A stretch of DNA of 64,000 nucleotides, from contig NC_043005.1 of NCBI RefSeq assembly GCF_006345805.1, positions 70,122,001-70,186,000 of the forward strand, given 5' to 3'. The DNA is from Octopus sinensis. Taxonomy: Eukaryota. The first letter of the stretch is position 1. Each line of letters begins with the position of its first letter. The position numbers and the translations under genes are program-made. The notes below the pieces were generated by a model. It was given only the letters and a program-made list of their open reading frames with translations, had not been told where the DNA came from and searched no databases. This document shows positions 24,149 through 36,331 of the stretch, one piece after another.

Positions 24149-24303
24149 TAATAATAATAATAGGAATGAAAACCCAGGTTCAAAATTTCCCCAAGACACC
24201 TGAAGAAGGCAAGAAGGTATATCAGCCGAAACGTTGTGTTAACAACAAACAAGATGAGGACAAATATCCATCGAATGCAAATAATGTAAATAATGTAAAT
24301 AAT
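24045..24303 (+). mobile_element. Hammerhead SINE-like element, copy 3 (head missing, expanded (AAC)(AAT)n spacer)
   Basis: cctgaacact(aac)n(aat)n-aggaatgaaaacccaggttc-hammerhead-gatgaggacaaatatcc-aatgtaaataatgtaaata. Confidence 0.85.
24195..24240 (+). ncRNA. Minimal type I hammerhead ribozyme motif (PLE type)
   Basis: GACAC-CUGAAGA-a-GGC...GCC-GAA-ACGU-U-GUGUU: stem I 5 bp (one G-U), stem II shortened by mismatches, palindromic ACGU stem III. Confidence 0.7.
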
Positions 24304-27300
24304 AGTTTTGCATTATTATGGATCACGGAAGAATGAAATATAACGTCTAATTCAGCATTATTTGAAATCAATTCTGTAAGCCATTTGATCAACTCTGTCG
24401 ATTCTTCCATCTACATCTCATCCTTTATGGTCCCATTTTAAAAATTATATACATGATATAATTAAAGTGAATATACCGCTAGAAACCGTTATTTAACTAT
24501 CAATAAACTTGTATTTTTGTAAAAATTCTGATGGCATGCCTTACCGAACAAACTATTTGAATAAAAGAATTCAAATTATATTACTCTATATAAATGCATT
24601 ATTGCATTTCTGAAAAGAGGAATTTCTTTATAGGAAAATATTAAATATTGCGTTGGTATGTTTTGGTATAATTAAGTATTCTCCTGAAAGCTTTTGTCAG
24701 AATTTTTTTTGAGAATTATCATTCCTGGTTAGAAATTTAACTGGATGTTTTCAGTTCCAAGAGACATAAAATGCCTATAAGCTTACAGCATTTCAAAAGG
24801 ATATAGATACTGTAGGAGATATAAAATTACTGCAGGATATAGCAAGTCTTTATGATATAATATTTGCGAAATTTTATTAGACTACGTAATAAAACTCGAT
24901 AGTGAGAGAGAAGCCTGAAATTTGGTTCGAAAAAAGAAAAAAAAGAAGAGATTTCGGAAGGAGGAGGGAAATGTTAGAAAAAGAAAATGTGAATCGGTGA
25001 GTCAAGGGGAGAGGGAATGAAAGGATAGAAAAAGAAAGAAGAGAAAGAAAAGAAGGAAGAAAAAGAAAGAAAGAATGACCTTGATGAAGAGAGAGAAGAG
25101 AAAATATTTCTGATAAGCTTAACCTACGACTGTATACCAAAATATTCCGAAACCATCTTCTGTTGATGTTCACGTTGATGATTATGTTTTTGTTATTGCT
25201 GTTATCGAAGATAATGTTAGTAATGATGTCGATGTTAGTAATGCTATTGGCGGTAGGCTTATAAATGGTGATTGTTTTTTCTGATGCCGGGGTATCGCTG
25301 TAATATGTCTTCGATTGATTTAGATATTATACCGATGACCTCTGTTCGTCTAAATATCCTGACCCTGAAGTCTGCCCTCTACTTAAACCTATTTATAGCA
25401 TCTACATTACAACTTATTTCTTACTAGTTCTACCCCAATACAACCAAGTCGAATTTGATTTTCTGTAAACGATATCAGCCGTTGTTCTCTTATATCAACA
25501 TCATTACCATCGTTATCAACAACATTTTAGTATCTTTTCTAAGAAGGCTGATCGAATCCTCAATAGAATAAAACATCACCTATCTAGGATTCCTGCCATA
25601 TCATCTGATCAACTGAATATAATGAGAAATGACTTCGCACCACATATACCTATGAATACACGTACATATGTATGCAAATACAAAAGAATACGTACATCTC
25701 GGTCCACGAAAAACAGAAAGGGTAATATTTTTTCATACTTATTCTATTTGTGTTTTACGATTTACTAAGCAACTTTCAACCGCGTTGAGGGAACTTCTAC
25801 ATAGTCGCACAGTTTTCTCTTCGAAGCAATTTGTACATCGTGCATTGACGTGCGAGAATGTGTTATTAAATTTCTTCAGATTACAATCATGAAACTACAG
25901 AACAACTGACGTATTTAAAAAGATAGTCCTTCAATATTCAGAAACACTGCATTGTATTTCATTGTTACATTATTGTATTGATTGTAAGACTGATTTTTAA
26001 AGTATGTCTAACTAAATACCGCAGAGAAATTTGTCCAAGGCATTAGCGATTTTGTCAATATATATCAAAAATTACACGAACCTTAAAAATCTTCTAGATT
26101 CTGCCATCTATTACTCACAGACTTGACGTTTGTATATTTATCGTCTTTCAATAAATTACTTCTGACAATCACTTGTTTAATAGATGCAATTTATGAAGAG
26201 AGAGAGATACAGACAGAGAGACAGAGAGATATAGTGAGAGTTATCCATAATGTATCTTATTAACAAGTAATTATTAAAGCTCCGCTTCCTTATATTAAGC
26301 ACATGAAGCACTAATTATATATTAGACTAGCTACCCATTAGTAATATATCAAATTCGTAAAAGAACTCAATAGTTATATACTTTCGTGGACATAAAATGA
26401 AGTCCATTCCTAAATATTAAAACAACATATAAGTACTGAGGACTTTAAGCCAAAACATATAAACGCTTTGCCATAAAAAATTCAGGATGAATTAGATAGA
26501 CTAGATAGCAGCAATGATGCTGGGTATTTTAACTTAATGTTATGAAAGTATTTGATCTCCTTTGTAGCTTTCATCCACTGTAGTTGAAGTTAAATATCAA
26601 GTTAAACGTTTGTTCTATTTGTTTTTCCTCTTAGGTTTCTTTCTCTCGGTTGTTCTCTCCTTTTCGCTCTCAGCCATAATGTTGCATATAGGGAAGCGAG
26701 AAAAAGGAAGAGAGGAGACGAAGGGAAATAAATATGAACATATTCGAACATACACGTATATTAAATGTTTATGTTGAGTTATAACGAATTTTGCATTAAA
26801 CTGAAGAATTCCTCAATACTGCTTGTAGAGTACATATTTATCATTCTTTAACACGGACATTGTTGATAGTGACCTCGAAGTTCAGATGAAGAGCGAGCAG
26901 GTTGATGAAAGATAATAAGTCGGAGCTTCGAAGTTACTGTTAATAGCAGTCTCGTTAAAAATATTATGCTTATACATACGACTGTGTATGCATGTAACAC
27001 TATGTGTATACTTCTTTCTAATAACATATGTTTTCAAACGTATTCACTAAAGAACTGCTTCCCACCAATCATTATCTATATATTTACTTTCCATCACAGG
27101 CGACATCATTCATACTTCTTTGAAATCCTAGTATATTTTTATTGCTGTTTTGTTTTGCTTCATCCATTGCTTTGCGGCTTAGAGGACAAAGTCTTCAACA
27201 GTGTTAGATATATAATCAAGCCCTGTTGTTTTATGGTACATACTATTTTCATTTTAAAGTGGTGAAAATGCCAAATGGACACTCTTATAAAGGAAGACAA

Positions 27301-27597
27301 TTTATACACGGATTTTAATATCGTAGGTTAGTTATGCAGTAATGTACCTAGACGAGTTCGATACCTTGTCAAATGATAGCCATTTCGCGTGATCGTGAGA
27401 CATTTATAGATCACTGGATTTAAGTGACAGAAGCTAATAAAACATTGTTACCACTCCCTTGGCGGCCATAACAGGTTCCAGTGACAAGCATTTATTTGAT
27501 GACTGGTACTATTTTTTATTTCAAGCTTTATGATCGAGTCTTTCCCATGACTGAAAATGCATTTAACCCAAATATGGGACCCTGCATGTGCTATCGT

Positions 27598-27725
27598 TCG
27601 GGTCCGAAAAGACCTGGGAGTAATGGTAATTAGGGGTTGACTTGACTTCAAGCTACCCACAACTCCAGAACTCTGGTACTGGAGCCTCACCACCGGATGA
27701 ATTTTAACGTCATACTCAGGACTAA
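27598..27725 (+). mobile_element. Fragment of another interspersed repeat
   Basis: gacctgggagtaatggtaa...ctccagaactctggtactggagcctcaccaccggatg...tcatactcaggac recalls a common octopus repeat. Single copy here, so the family is unassigned. Confidence 0.4.
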
Positions 27726-28558
27726 TACATAGATACCTACGTACACACACAATGCACATATACACGTATGTAGCCAAATAGCACGATATATATATTTCAA
27801 AAAACTATCTCCTTAGTAAAGGGATCAAGATTAAGGAAATGCCAATTAGCTAAATCATGCTTTCGAATGTCCGTCATATAATTACTGTTGTGCCAACTAA
27901 ATCAGACGTAATAAAACAAAATGTTTTTCTGTTCGATTTAACAATGACACCCAATCTTAAAAGGCTTTCGTAATCAACGAATGCTATCTGCGTCGACTTT
28001 TTCCGGCAATTATCGATATCACGATATGCTTATGCTAAAGTAAAGAAATGTATCGTCGATCTGAGAGGTTAGGATTTAGTTTCTGTTTAATTGGATGAAT
28101 ATATCGCGATTCCAGATAATCGGGTATCTATTTCCAATATACATGTAAATTAAGAGGATATGAAAATAATTATACTACCAAGAGATTTAATGAATCATTG
28201 ACAAGTCCATAAATTATTAGTTTAATGATTTATTCACACATTCCTCTTGTTCACACATACATATACACACGTGCACACACGCATATATGCTAAAGTTTAT
28301 ATTCTCTTACATACCTGCCAAACATTTAATCCATTGGGCTGTAATTTCCCAGTTGCATGGTTTCTTAAAGGGATGTGTATAGAGCATGTCAGCTTACGGA
28401 AGTATATCATTAAGTTAATAACATGGAAGGATATTAGCTTGCATAAATGGAACTTCTGAAATATTCACGAATTATTATTAGCATATGAAGAACTAAAAAG
28501 GGTTACTTTACGTGAAGATGCAAGATACCAGCCTAATTTCAATCAAATTACAAAATAT

Positions 28559-28727
28559 AGCGTAGGAGTGGCTGTGTGGTCAGTAGCTTGCTTACGAACC
28601 ACATGGTTCCGGGTTCAGTCCCACTACGTGGCACCTTGGGCAAGTGTCTTCTACTATAGCCTCGGGCCGACCAAAGCCTTGTGGGTGGATTTGGTAGACG
28701 GAAACTGAAAGAAGTCTGTCGTATATA

Positions 28728-28799
<72 letters not shown>

Positions 28800-28800
28800 C

Positions 28801-28842
<42 letters not shown>

Positions 28843-29077
28843 TGTGTGTGTGTGTGTATGTTTGTGTGTCTGTGTTTGTCCCCTCAACATCGCTTGACAA
28901 CCGATGCTGGTGTGTTTACGTTCCCGTAACTTAGCGGTTCGGCAAAAGATACCGATAGAATAAGTACTAGGCTTACAATGAATAAGTCCCGGGGTCGATT
29001 TGGTCGACTAAAGGCGGTGCTTCAGCATGGCCACAGTCACGTGACTGAAACAAGTAAAAGAGTAAAAGAGTAAAGAG
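28559..29077 (+). mobile_element. SINE family A (CORE-like), full length with internal (TA)n(TG)n
   Basis: A box ggagtggctgtgtggt, B box gggttcagtccc, CORE-like ggcaccttgggcaagtgtcttc, internal microsatellite 28720-28860, tail ...ggcggtgcttcagcatggccacagtc...gaaacaagtaaaagagtaaaagag. Confidence 0.95.
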
Positions 29078-30219
29078 TATATCGCAAAAAACCAAAATAG
29101 CATTTGTAATGTAGTTCTAGCTGAACTCTGTAATGCGACAGAATTTCTTGTTTCACATGACTTTGAACGTAGGACTTTTGATCCAAGACCGATCTGAAAA
29201 TATGCAATCACTAGGCTGCTTGCTTACAATGAACAAATATATCTTCTTTGGATATTTCTACACAAACAATATAGTAGTGTCATTGAAACGGAAATGTATA
29301 AAGAATTGACTCAAACAGTTACCTGTGAGTGGCCATTTGGCCATTATCCATCGTAATATTATACCAGCAGACTAACAGTTGTAGAGAGTGGTTACTAAAA
29401 GGTGGAGGTCAGCATATTGCGTGAAAAATTTCTGTTTTGATCATATAAAATTACCATGGCCTTTTTTCTACACCTTATAGTTTTACATTGTGTCACGTAA
29501 GATAATACATTTTACAGTTTAATTTTGTGGAAACAACATTTACAGCCCATTAATTCCTTATACAAATAATAATGCCGAAAATTTACGATTGATAGTAATT
29601 TTAACGAGGAAATCTTATTTTACGTGTATGTTGATTATAATTATTTTGTTTATGCAATATTTTATACAATATTACTACGCCATTAGTGTTTCGGAATCCT
29701 TTGAAGGCATAGTAGAATAATAGAACAATTTCTTTTCTCTCCCTTATCAAGGTACAAGTAAATATAATTTAATGCACGGCTGTGGCATAAATGTTGGGAT
29801 CCAGTTAAAGTTTACTATAATCTAGAGAATACTTCAAATGATGCCGTTTTATCCTCTCGTATGTATTTGCATAAACTTAAATATTCATATCTAGTTGAAG
29901 CTTAATATTCTCTTCTATGTTGTTAATGAAATATATAGCTTAGGATATAATATAATTCCTTAGTAATTTTGAGTTTGCGGTAAAAACTTGGTACCCATTA
30001 ATTCTGATGTTTTATGAAAATCCTCTCTTAAATTAACGCATTCCTACCAAACTTATATTAATACGCCAAAATTGAGTTACATGTCTGCCTTTTAGGTATG
30101 CTGACATACATGATATTTTGTTATGTAATGATGTGAAGTATTTGGGGCTTAACTCATCCAAAACATTATTTTTGTGTGTTTGAACTCTTAGCAACTATTT
30201 GCTTTAGTTCACTTCAATT

Positions 30220-30438
30220 ACTCTTTTACTCTTTTACTTGCTTCAGTCAATTGACTACGGCCATGCTGGAGTACCGTCTTTTAGTCGAGCAAATCGACGC
30301 CAGGAATTGTTCTTTGTAAGCCTAGTACTTATTCTATCGGTCTGTTTTGCCAAACTGCTAAATTACGGGGACATAAACACACCACGATCCGTTATCAAGC
30401 GATGTTAAAGGGACAAACACTGCAGCCAAACACACACA

Positions 30439-30476
<38 letters not shown>

Positions 30477-30692
30477 ACACACACACATATATATATATCT
30501 ATATATGTATATATATATATTCATATATACGACGGGCTTTTTTCAGTTTCCGTCTAAGAAATCCACTCACAGGGTTTTGGTCGGCCCGAGCCTATAGTAG
30601 AAGACACTTGCCCAAAGTGTCACGCAGTGGGACTGAACCCGGAACCATGTGGTTGTGAAGCAAGCTACATACCATACAGTCACTCCTGCGCC
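30220..30692 (-). mobile_element. SINE family A, full length
   Basis: Reverse complement of the 28559 copy; internal (CA)(TA) tract at 30430-30530. Confidence 0.93.
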
Positions 30693-31017
30693 TAAAGAAG
30701 AATTTTTCTGACCTATATTTCTCTGGGAAACTATGGAGACAATCTCGAGTCATTTCAAGGCTAGATCGTTCGTTAACTGACATTAGAATATATCAAATTA
30801 GCTACGACCGCCTACGATCGGATTTCAATATCTCAAAAATATGTGTAATAGAAAATATAACAATAAAACTAATGGATAAGACAAACGAATCGAAATGGTA
30901 CTTGACACATCACTATACTTTACCATTCAACGTACAAAAATAGCTACAGTATTAATGTTGCCTGCTCTCCTAATTCTAGGTACAACTCCGGGATTGATTT
31001 AGGAATTTGTCTCTACA

Positions 31018-31067
<50 letters not shown>

Positions 31068-33939
31068 CATGTATTATTAGATACCTGATACATTAATATG
31101 GTTTTATGTATGTATTGCGAGAGAAATATCTAGTGAATAGTAAGAAGAAATTCAAAACCGTGTTGTTCATTATGCACATTAGTATAAATGTAGGATTTGC
31201 TAACCTCCTATATATTACACTAGAACTGACTGAAAGGGAGGTCTACGATGAGGGGAAAGCAAAAGAAAGAACAGAAAACTTCTCCTAGTATTTAGAAAAA
31301 TATCTGTGGTAGACATATTTAGAAACTTTTCTAACCTATTTGTTCACGGAAAAATTTTCAACCCCGTCAATTTTTTTCAGCAACAAAAGTCTCCGTAAAT
31401 ACTAGAATATATATTCCAACAATTTTTTTCTAGAATGTACCCACTGATATAGTTTTCATACAGAAATATCACAAGGTTTTAAAAGGAGCGATATCAGTCA
31501 AAATTTCATATGCAGCATTGTTTCTAACACTTCGCATCACAGTATATGACACACGCAGTTATTTTATTCCTATAATTGCCAGCGTGTTTGTACAGAATTA
31601 TACTGAAATCACAATTTAAAAATCTTACCCCAACCCAGCCTCGAATATGTTTTATTTTTAAATGAATTAAAACACCTGCTGAGAGAACGAAAACGAATTA
31701 GAATGGTATCACGAAAAACACGTACAAGATGAAAAACAAACGTAAATAAAGTTGAGATTCAGAAATAAAAGCCATTATACCACTTCTCTATCTCAATATA
31801 TATGAAACTTATGTGAAGGTTTAATCTAAAATGCCTCTTTCACATAGGATATGGAAAAACAATCACATCGTAAAGAGTAAAAGAAGATGGCGTACGTTAG
31901 GCAAATTGTCAGTAGTTACTTATCCTAACCCAACAAAGCAGACCTTGATTCAGAAAGCAGCAAATTCTGACATTTACAAGTCTTTCCAAAAGTGCATGAA
32001 TTCCTTTTCTAAATTATTTTGCAAAGAAAATCAGGAATATTTATGTTATTGGTATCTAATCTGTTTCCTTACCCCGTCACTTTCTTTGTTATGCATATAA
32101 ACAGCAAGATAACAGTATGACACTATTTACATTACTACTTAAACTGCAGCCCCTGCACATGTGTATTAACGAACGTTTGATACTAGGAACACTATCTTAT
32201 CTTAAGGAGCTATAAAATGTACTATGTATATGTTTCAATGTGAAACGTGATGGTATTTTAAAATATATATTCGTATTATTTGTATTTATCATTCAATTAT
32301 TAATCTAACCCTTACGTTCTTCATTTCTGCTGTGATGTCTGATTATTCGAATTGTGCGAAATATATACTTTCCTTGGAATGCCCCAAAGTATTTCCTATA
32401 ATCATGCGCGTGCATACACGTACCTATACAGACAAACAGTCACACACATAGACACACAAACACACACACATATATATACCATAACCCTTCTTGTTGTCAC
32501 CATTTCTGTAAACTATATATTCACACACGACAGATGCCAAAACGCAAACCTGGAACAACGTATTATACTACTACTGGATAGCACAGGGTAAAATCTGAAA
32601 TTGAACGAGCTATGTACTGTAATCTACTATATTCCTAATAGACTATATATATATATATATATATACATATATGATAAAAATGCAGATAAATAGATAGACC
32701 GATAGAATAGCTAGATAGATAGATAGACAGGCAAGCAAAGAGAAAGAGAGAGAGAGTTAGAAAGAGGGAAAACATATTTACATATATATATTTATTTATT
32801 TAAGTATTTGAGTTTAAATCAAATTATTGGGTTATATGATGTTGCATGTCATACAAATACAGATGTAATTTACTGTTATGAAGAGGAAATGTCGTGGAGA
32901 CATATGATGTCCTTTATTCTAGTCTACTAGCTTTGCTTCAGGCTTTCTCTATAAGGCTGCAAACCTAAAATATACGATATGATTAAACACGTGGAATATA
33001 AACAAAACAAATTTTCTGAATAATGAAAGCCAGACGGCACTATATTAAGTAAAAATTGATAAATTCGCTTTACATCGTAAAATATGGAAATATCTCAATA
33101 TATGGCTTAACATAGAGTAATACAAATTTTTTATGCACTTTAGTTGTTCTTTGTAGTTTTCAGGAATTTCATTCTTGAGCGTTATTTAGTTACAGTATAA
33201 TTAAGGTCTCGTTCTAATTACTCGCATACTACAAATACAAAGTAATGTATGAACTTATCATAGGTATAAATATTTTAGGAATGTGACCAAGATTTATTTT
33301 GTGTGAAACGATTAATATGTGTACACGAGACAAAAGAGAAATTGAAGGTTGAGGTCAATTATAAAATAAAATATAATCACAACCAATATAAAGAGACTTA
33401 TAAAATAAAATCCTACTTTTGACACCTATATAATATATACTTTCTATTTCAAAGAATTTTGTTTCTCCCCAAAACATGCTCTTCAGATAACTTTTAGGTA
33501 GGAGCTCAGCACGAAAATCTTTCGGGAATATCATATCATCGCAAACACTACACGGCATTCTAAGTGTAGGCGGCCATTACATTCTATAATAGCATTTCTC
33601 CAAACGCAAGAACATGCAGTCTTTTAGAAGATAAAATTATCGAAAACTTTAGGAAACCTCCACCTTATCGGTAAAAACGAGAATTGTCAATTTGCGTGTC
33701 CCATTTTTCTTTTATGTGTCCATCCATTGGCAATCGCTGCAACAATTGGGAAACAGAAATTTATATTGTGCTATTTATGTCCAACAGGTGTTGATGAGAA
33801 TATCTGTCGCACGACAATTGATTTCTTGGAAATAACATTTAGGTGAAAGCATTGGAATTATAGACATTCATGCGATTTTCAAGTTAACGGCTCTATAAGC
33901 AGGAAAAACAGCTTTCCCTACAGTCACAATAACTTCTTT

Positions 33940-33941
<2 letters not shown>

Positions 33942-34028
<87 letters not shown>

Positions 34029-34030
34029 AT
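33942..34030. repeat. (TA)n(TG)n microsatellite
   Basis: Directly visible. Confidence 0.95.
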
Positions 34031-34319
34031 ATATGGTTCACAACGCATAACCTTATGTTTCTTTCTTAAAATCAGAAAACATGGGAAAATACCACCTTGA
34101 ATATTCCCTTGCTCAGTGCTTGGATTTCAGAGAAATTCATGCAACTGCTTTAGCAATGCATTCTAAACGCGCTCGGATATACTTTGTTGCATATAGTGTT
34201 AGGCTGCTACATAGAATAAAATGCTAAGCAACAGAGTATCAATGATATATCACTTGAACGCCAAAAGCCACGGGCACGCCCTCAGAAGCACACACACACA
34301 GATGGTTTCATACATTAAT

Positions 34320-34379
34320 GTGTGTGTAGGTTTGTATGTATGTATGCATATATATATATATAGAGAGAGAGATACAGAG

Positions 34380-34438
<59 letters not shown>

Positions 34439-34560
34439 GAGATAGAGAGATAGACAGCCAGACAGACAGACATACGGTCAGACAGATAGATAGACAAAAA
34501 GAAAGGCAGAGAGGGAGAGGGAGTGATAATGAGAGAGAGAGAGATAGGTGGGGAAAGAGA
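34320..34560. repeat. Compound (TA)/(GATA)n/(GACA)/(GA) microsatellite
   Basis: Directly visible GATA run at 34380-34440. Confidence 0.95.
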
Positions 34561-35345
34561 TAATACTCTCGCTACAGATTTTAGTCTCTGCATCAGATGC
34601 TACTTTCTGCGCAGTTACCTCCGTTACAAACTACTTATTATAAATGCACACCGCTTTGTGCTACTCATGTTATGCATAAATAACGTGCTGTTTATCTCTC
34701 TTGAATTTTAGATTGGATGTGTTATATATATTTTATTTACATCACTTACATTGTTCACGAAGTTTATTTTAAACCAGAGTAGCTAAACTTTTCAATGAAT
34801 GATACCGCAGTTGCCTTTTTTTAGCAGTTGGCAATGATATAGATATGTCAGTCATCGACAGAATTTTCCATGCCAGCATTCATTATTTACGAGAATACCT
34901 TTAACGGAAGCTATATAAGATTTCATCATCTATTTAATGAAGTTATAGATCTTGGCATTTCTTTTCTTCCTTGCTATATCCAATGGTTTTCATCAAAAGA
35001 TTGTCTGTTCTGTATAGTTATTTCTTCACATCGAGTTACTTGAATGAAGTTACTTTCTACGCTTCTATAATAAACGATAACTTGGTTTGTAGAAACGTTT
35101 CTATGGTATTTTTATATTTAATTTTCTTTCCTTCTGTACATCAATCATTGTGACAACTTTGGTTTCCTCATTTTTTTTATCGTTTTTGCCTTTTGAAATT
35201 AGTTTCGTAATTAGTTCAATACTATACAGCTTACTCCAGTAGACTGGTAAACTGATTTATTTAGAGAAAATAAAAGGAATTGACGACCACGAGGGCGATG
35301 ACAGTACTAACAATGATAACAACAACAACAACACTAATAATGATC

Positions 35346-35445
35346 AAAGGCAAAGTCGGCCTCGGTGGAATTTGAACTCAGAACGCAGAGAAATACCACA
35401 AAGCATTTCGTCCACCGCGCTGACTGTTCTGTCAGCTCATCGCGT
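35346..35445 (-). mobile_element. SINE family B fragment (H-X)
   Basis: aaaggcaaagtcggcctcggtggaatttgaactcagaac...ctgtcagctcatcgc. Confidence 0.75.
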
Positions 35446-35449
35446 TAAA

Positions 35450-35493
35450 TAATAATAATAATGATCATGATCATGATCATGATCATGATGAGC

Positions 35494-35531
<38 letters not shown>

Positions 35532-35532
35532 A
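35450..35532. repeat. (AAT)/(ATGATC)/(ATG)n tract
   Basis: Directly visible; abuts the R4/Dong fragment. Confidence 0.95.
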
Positions 35533-35536
35533 ATAT

Positions 35537-36055
35537 GTACCAGGGATCACCTCTTGGTAGACAGGGCTGTACGTAGAGGCTGAAAGACGAGGAAAACTAA
35601 CTTAGCTGTGTCATGAATCGATTATGGTAAGGCATACGATATGATCCCACATTCTTTGATTATGGAGTGTATGAACCTATTTGGTATTGCATAGAGTGCT
35701 AAGCGATTGCTTGGAAAAAGTATGGCGAAGTGTAGGACGAAACTGACAGCATGATCAAGAAGGGAACCGAAAATTATATGAGAATGATCCCTGGATTACC
35801 ATCACTGCAAGAAGTGCAAAAGATTGTCTTAACTGGTACATCACACGTATTGAGAAGAGCATTGTCGATGTGAGAACTATTACTACCCATGTATTTTAAC
35901 TTAAATTTAAAAAAATGAACGAACTAGTGAGTTTAGTTTAATGGCCTATCAATGTATACTATGAGTTTCTTTGCCCTAGGAGTCGGGAAGACACTAGGCA
36001 AGAAATGGAAACAAATTTGAAAGAAGAGGAAAAGTAAGATAACAATAATAACAAT
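35537..36055 (+). mobile_element. R4/Dong-clade non-LTR retrotransposon fragment, internally deleted
   Basis: DHLLVDRAVRRG*KTRKTNLAVS*IDYGKAYDMIPHSLIMECMNLFGIA (RT region) is fused at about 35752 to IKKGTENYMRMIPGLPSLQEVQKIVLTGTSHVLRRALSM* (ORF C-terminus, stop 35871-35873). A 3' UTR follows, ending in ataacaataataac. Confidence 0.8.
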
Positions 36056-36069
36056 TTTTAGTAAAGACA

Positions 36070-36240
36070 CAGGGAGTGATATTTTGGATGAGTGGACTAA
36101 TCGATTACATGGGATATTCCAACCAAAAAGTGACACAGACAGACTGTTTCGAACCCGAAAGGATGAAAGGCAAAGTCGACCTCAGTGGAATTTGAACTCA
36201 GAACATAAAGACGGACAAAATATCGCTAAGCACTTTTCCA
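36070..36240 (-). mobile_element. SINE family B, degenerate
   Basis: cccgaaaggatgaaaggcaaagtcgacctcagtggaatttgaactcagaac. Confidence 0.75.
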
Positions 36241-36331
36241 CCTCACTCCATTGCTGTACATATATTCTAGGTATGTATGAAAATTGGATTTTACATCAAT
36301 CATAGTGGGATTTTTACACTGATGAAATATA

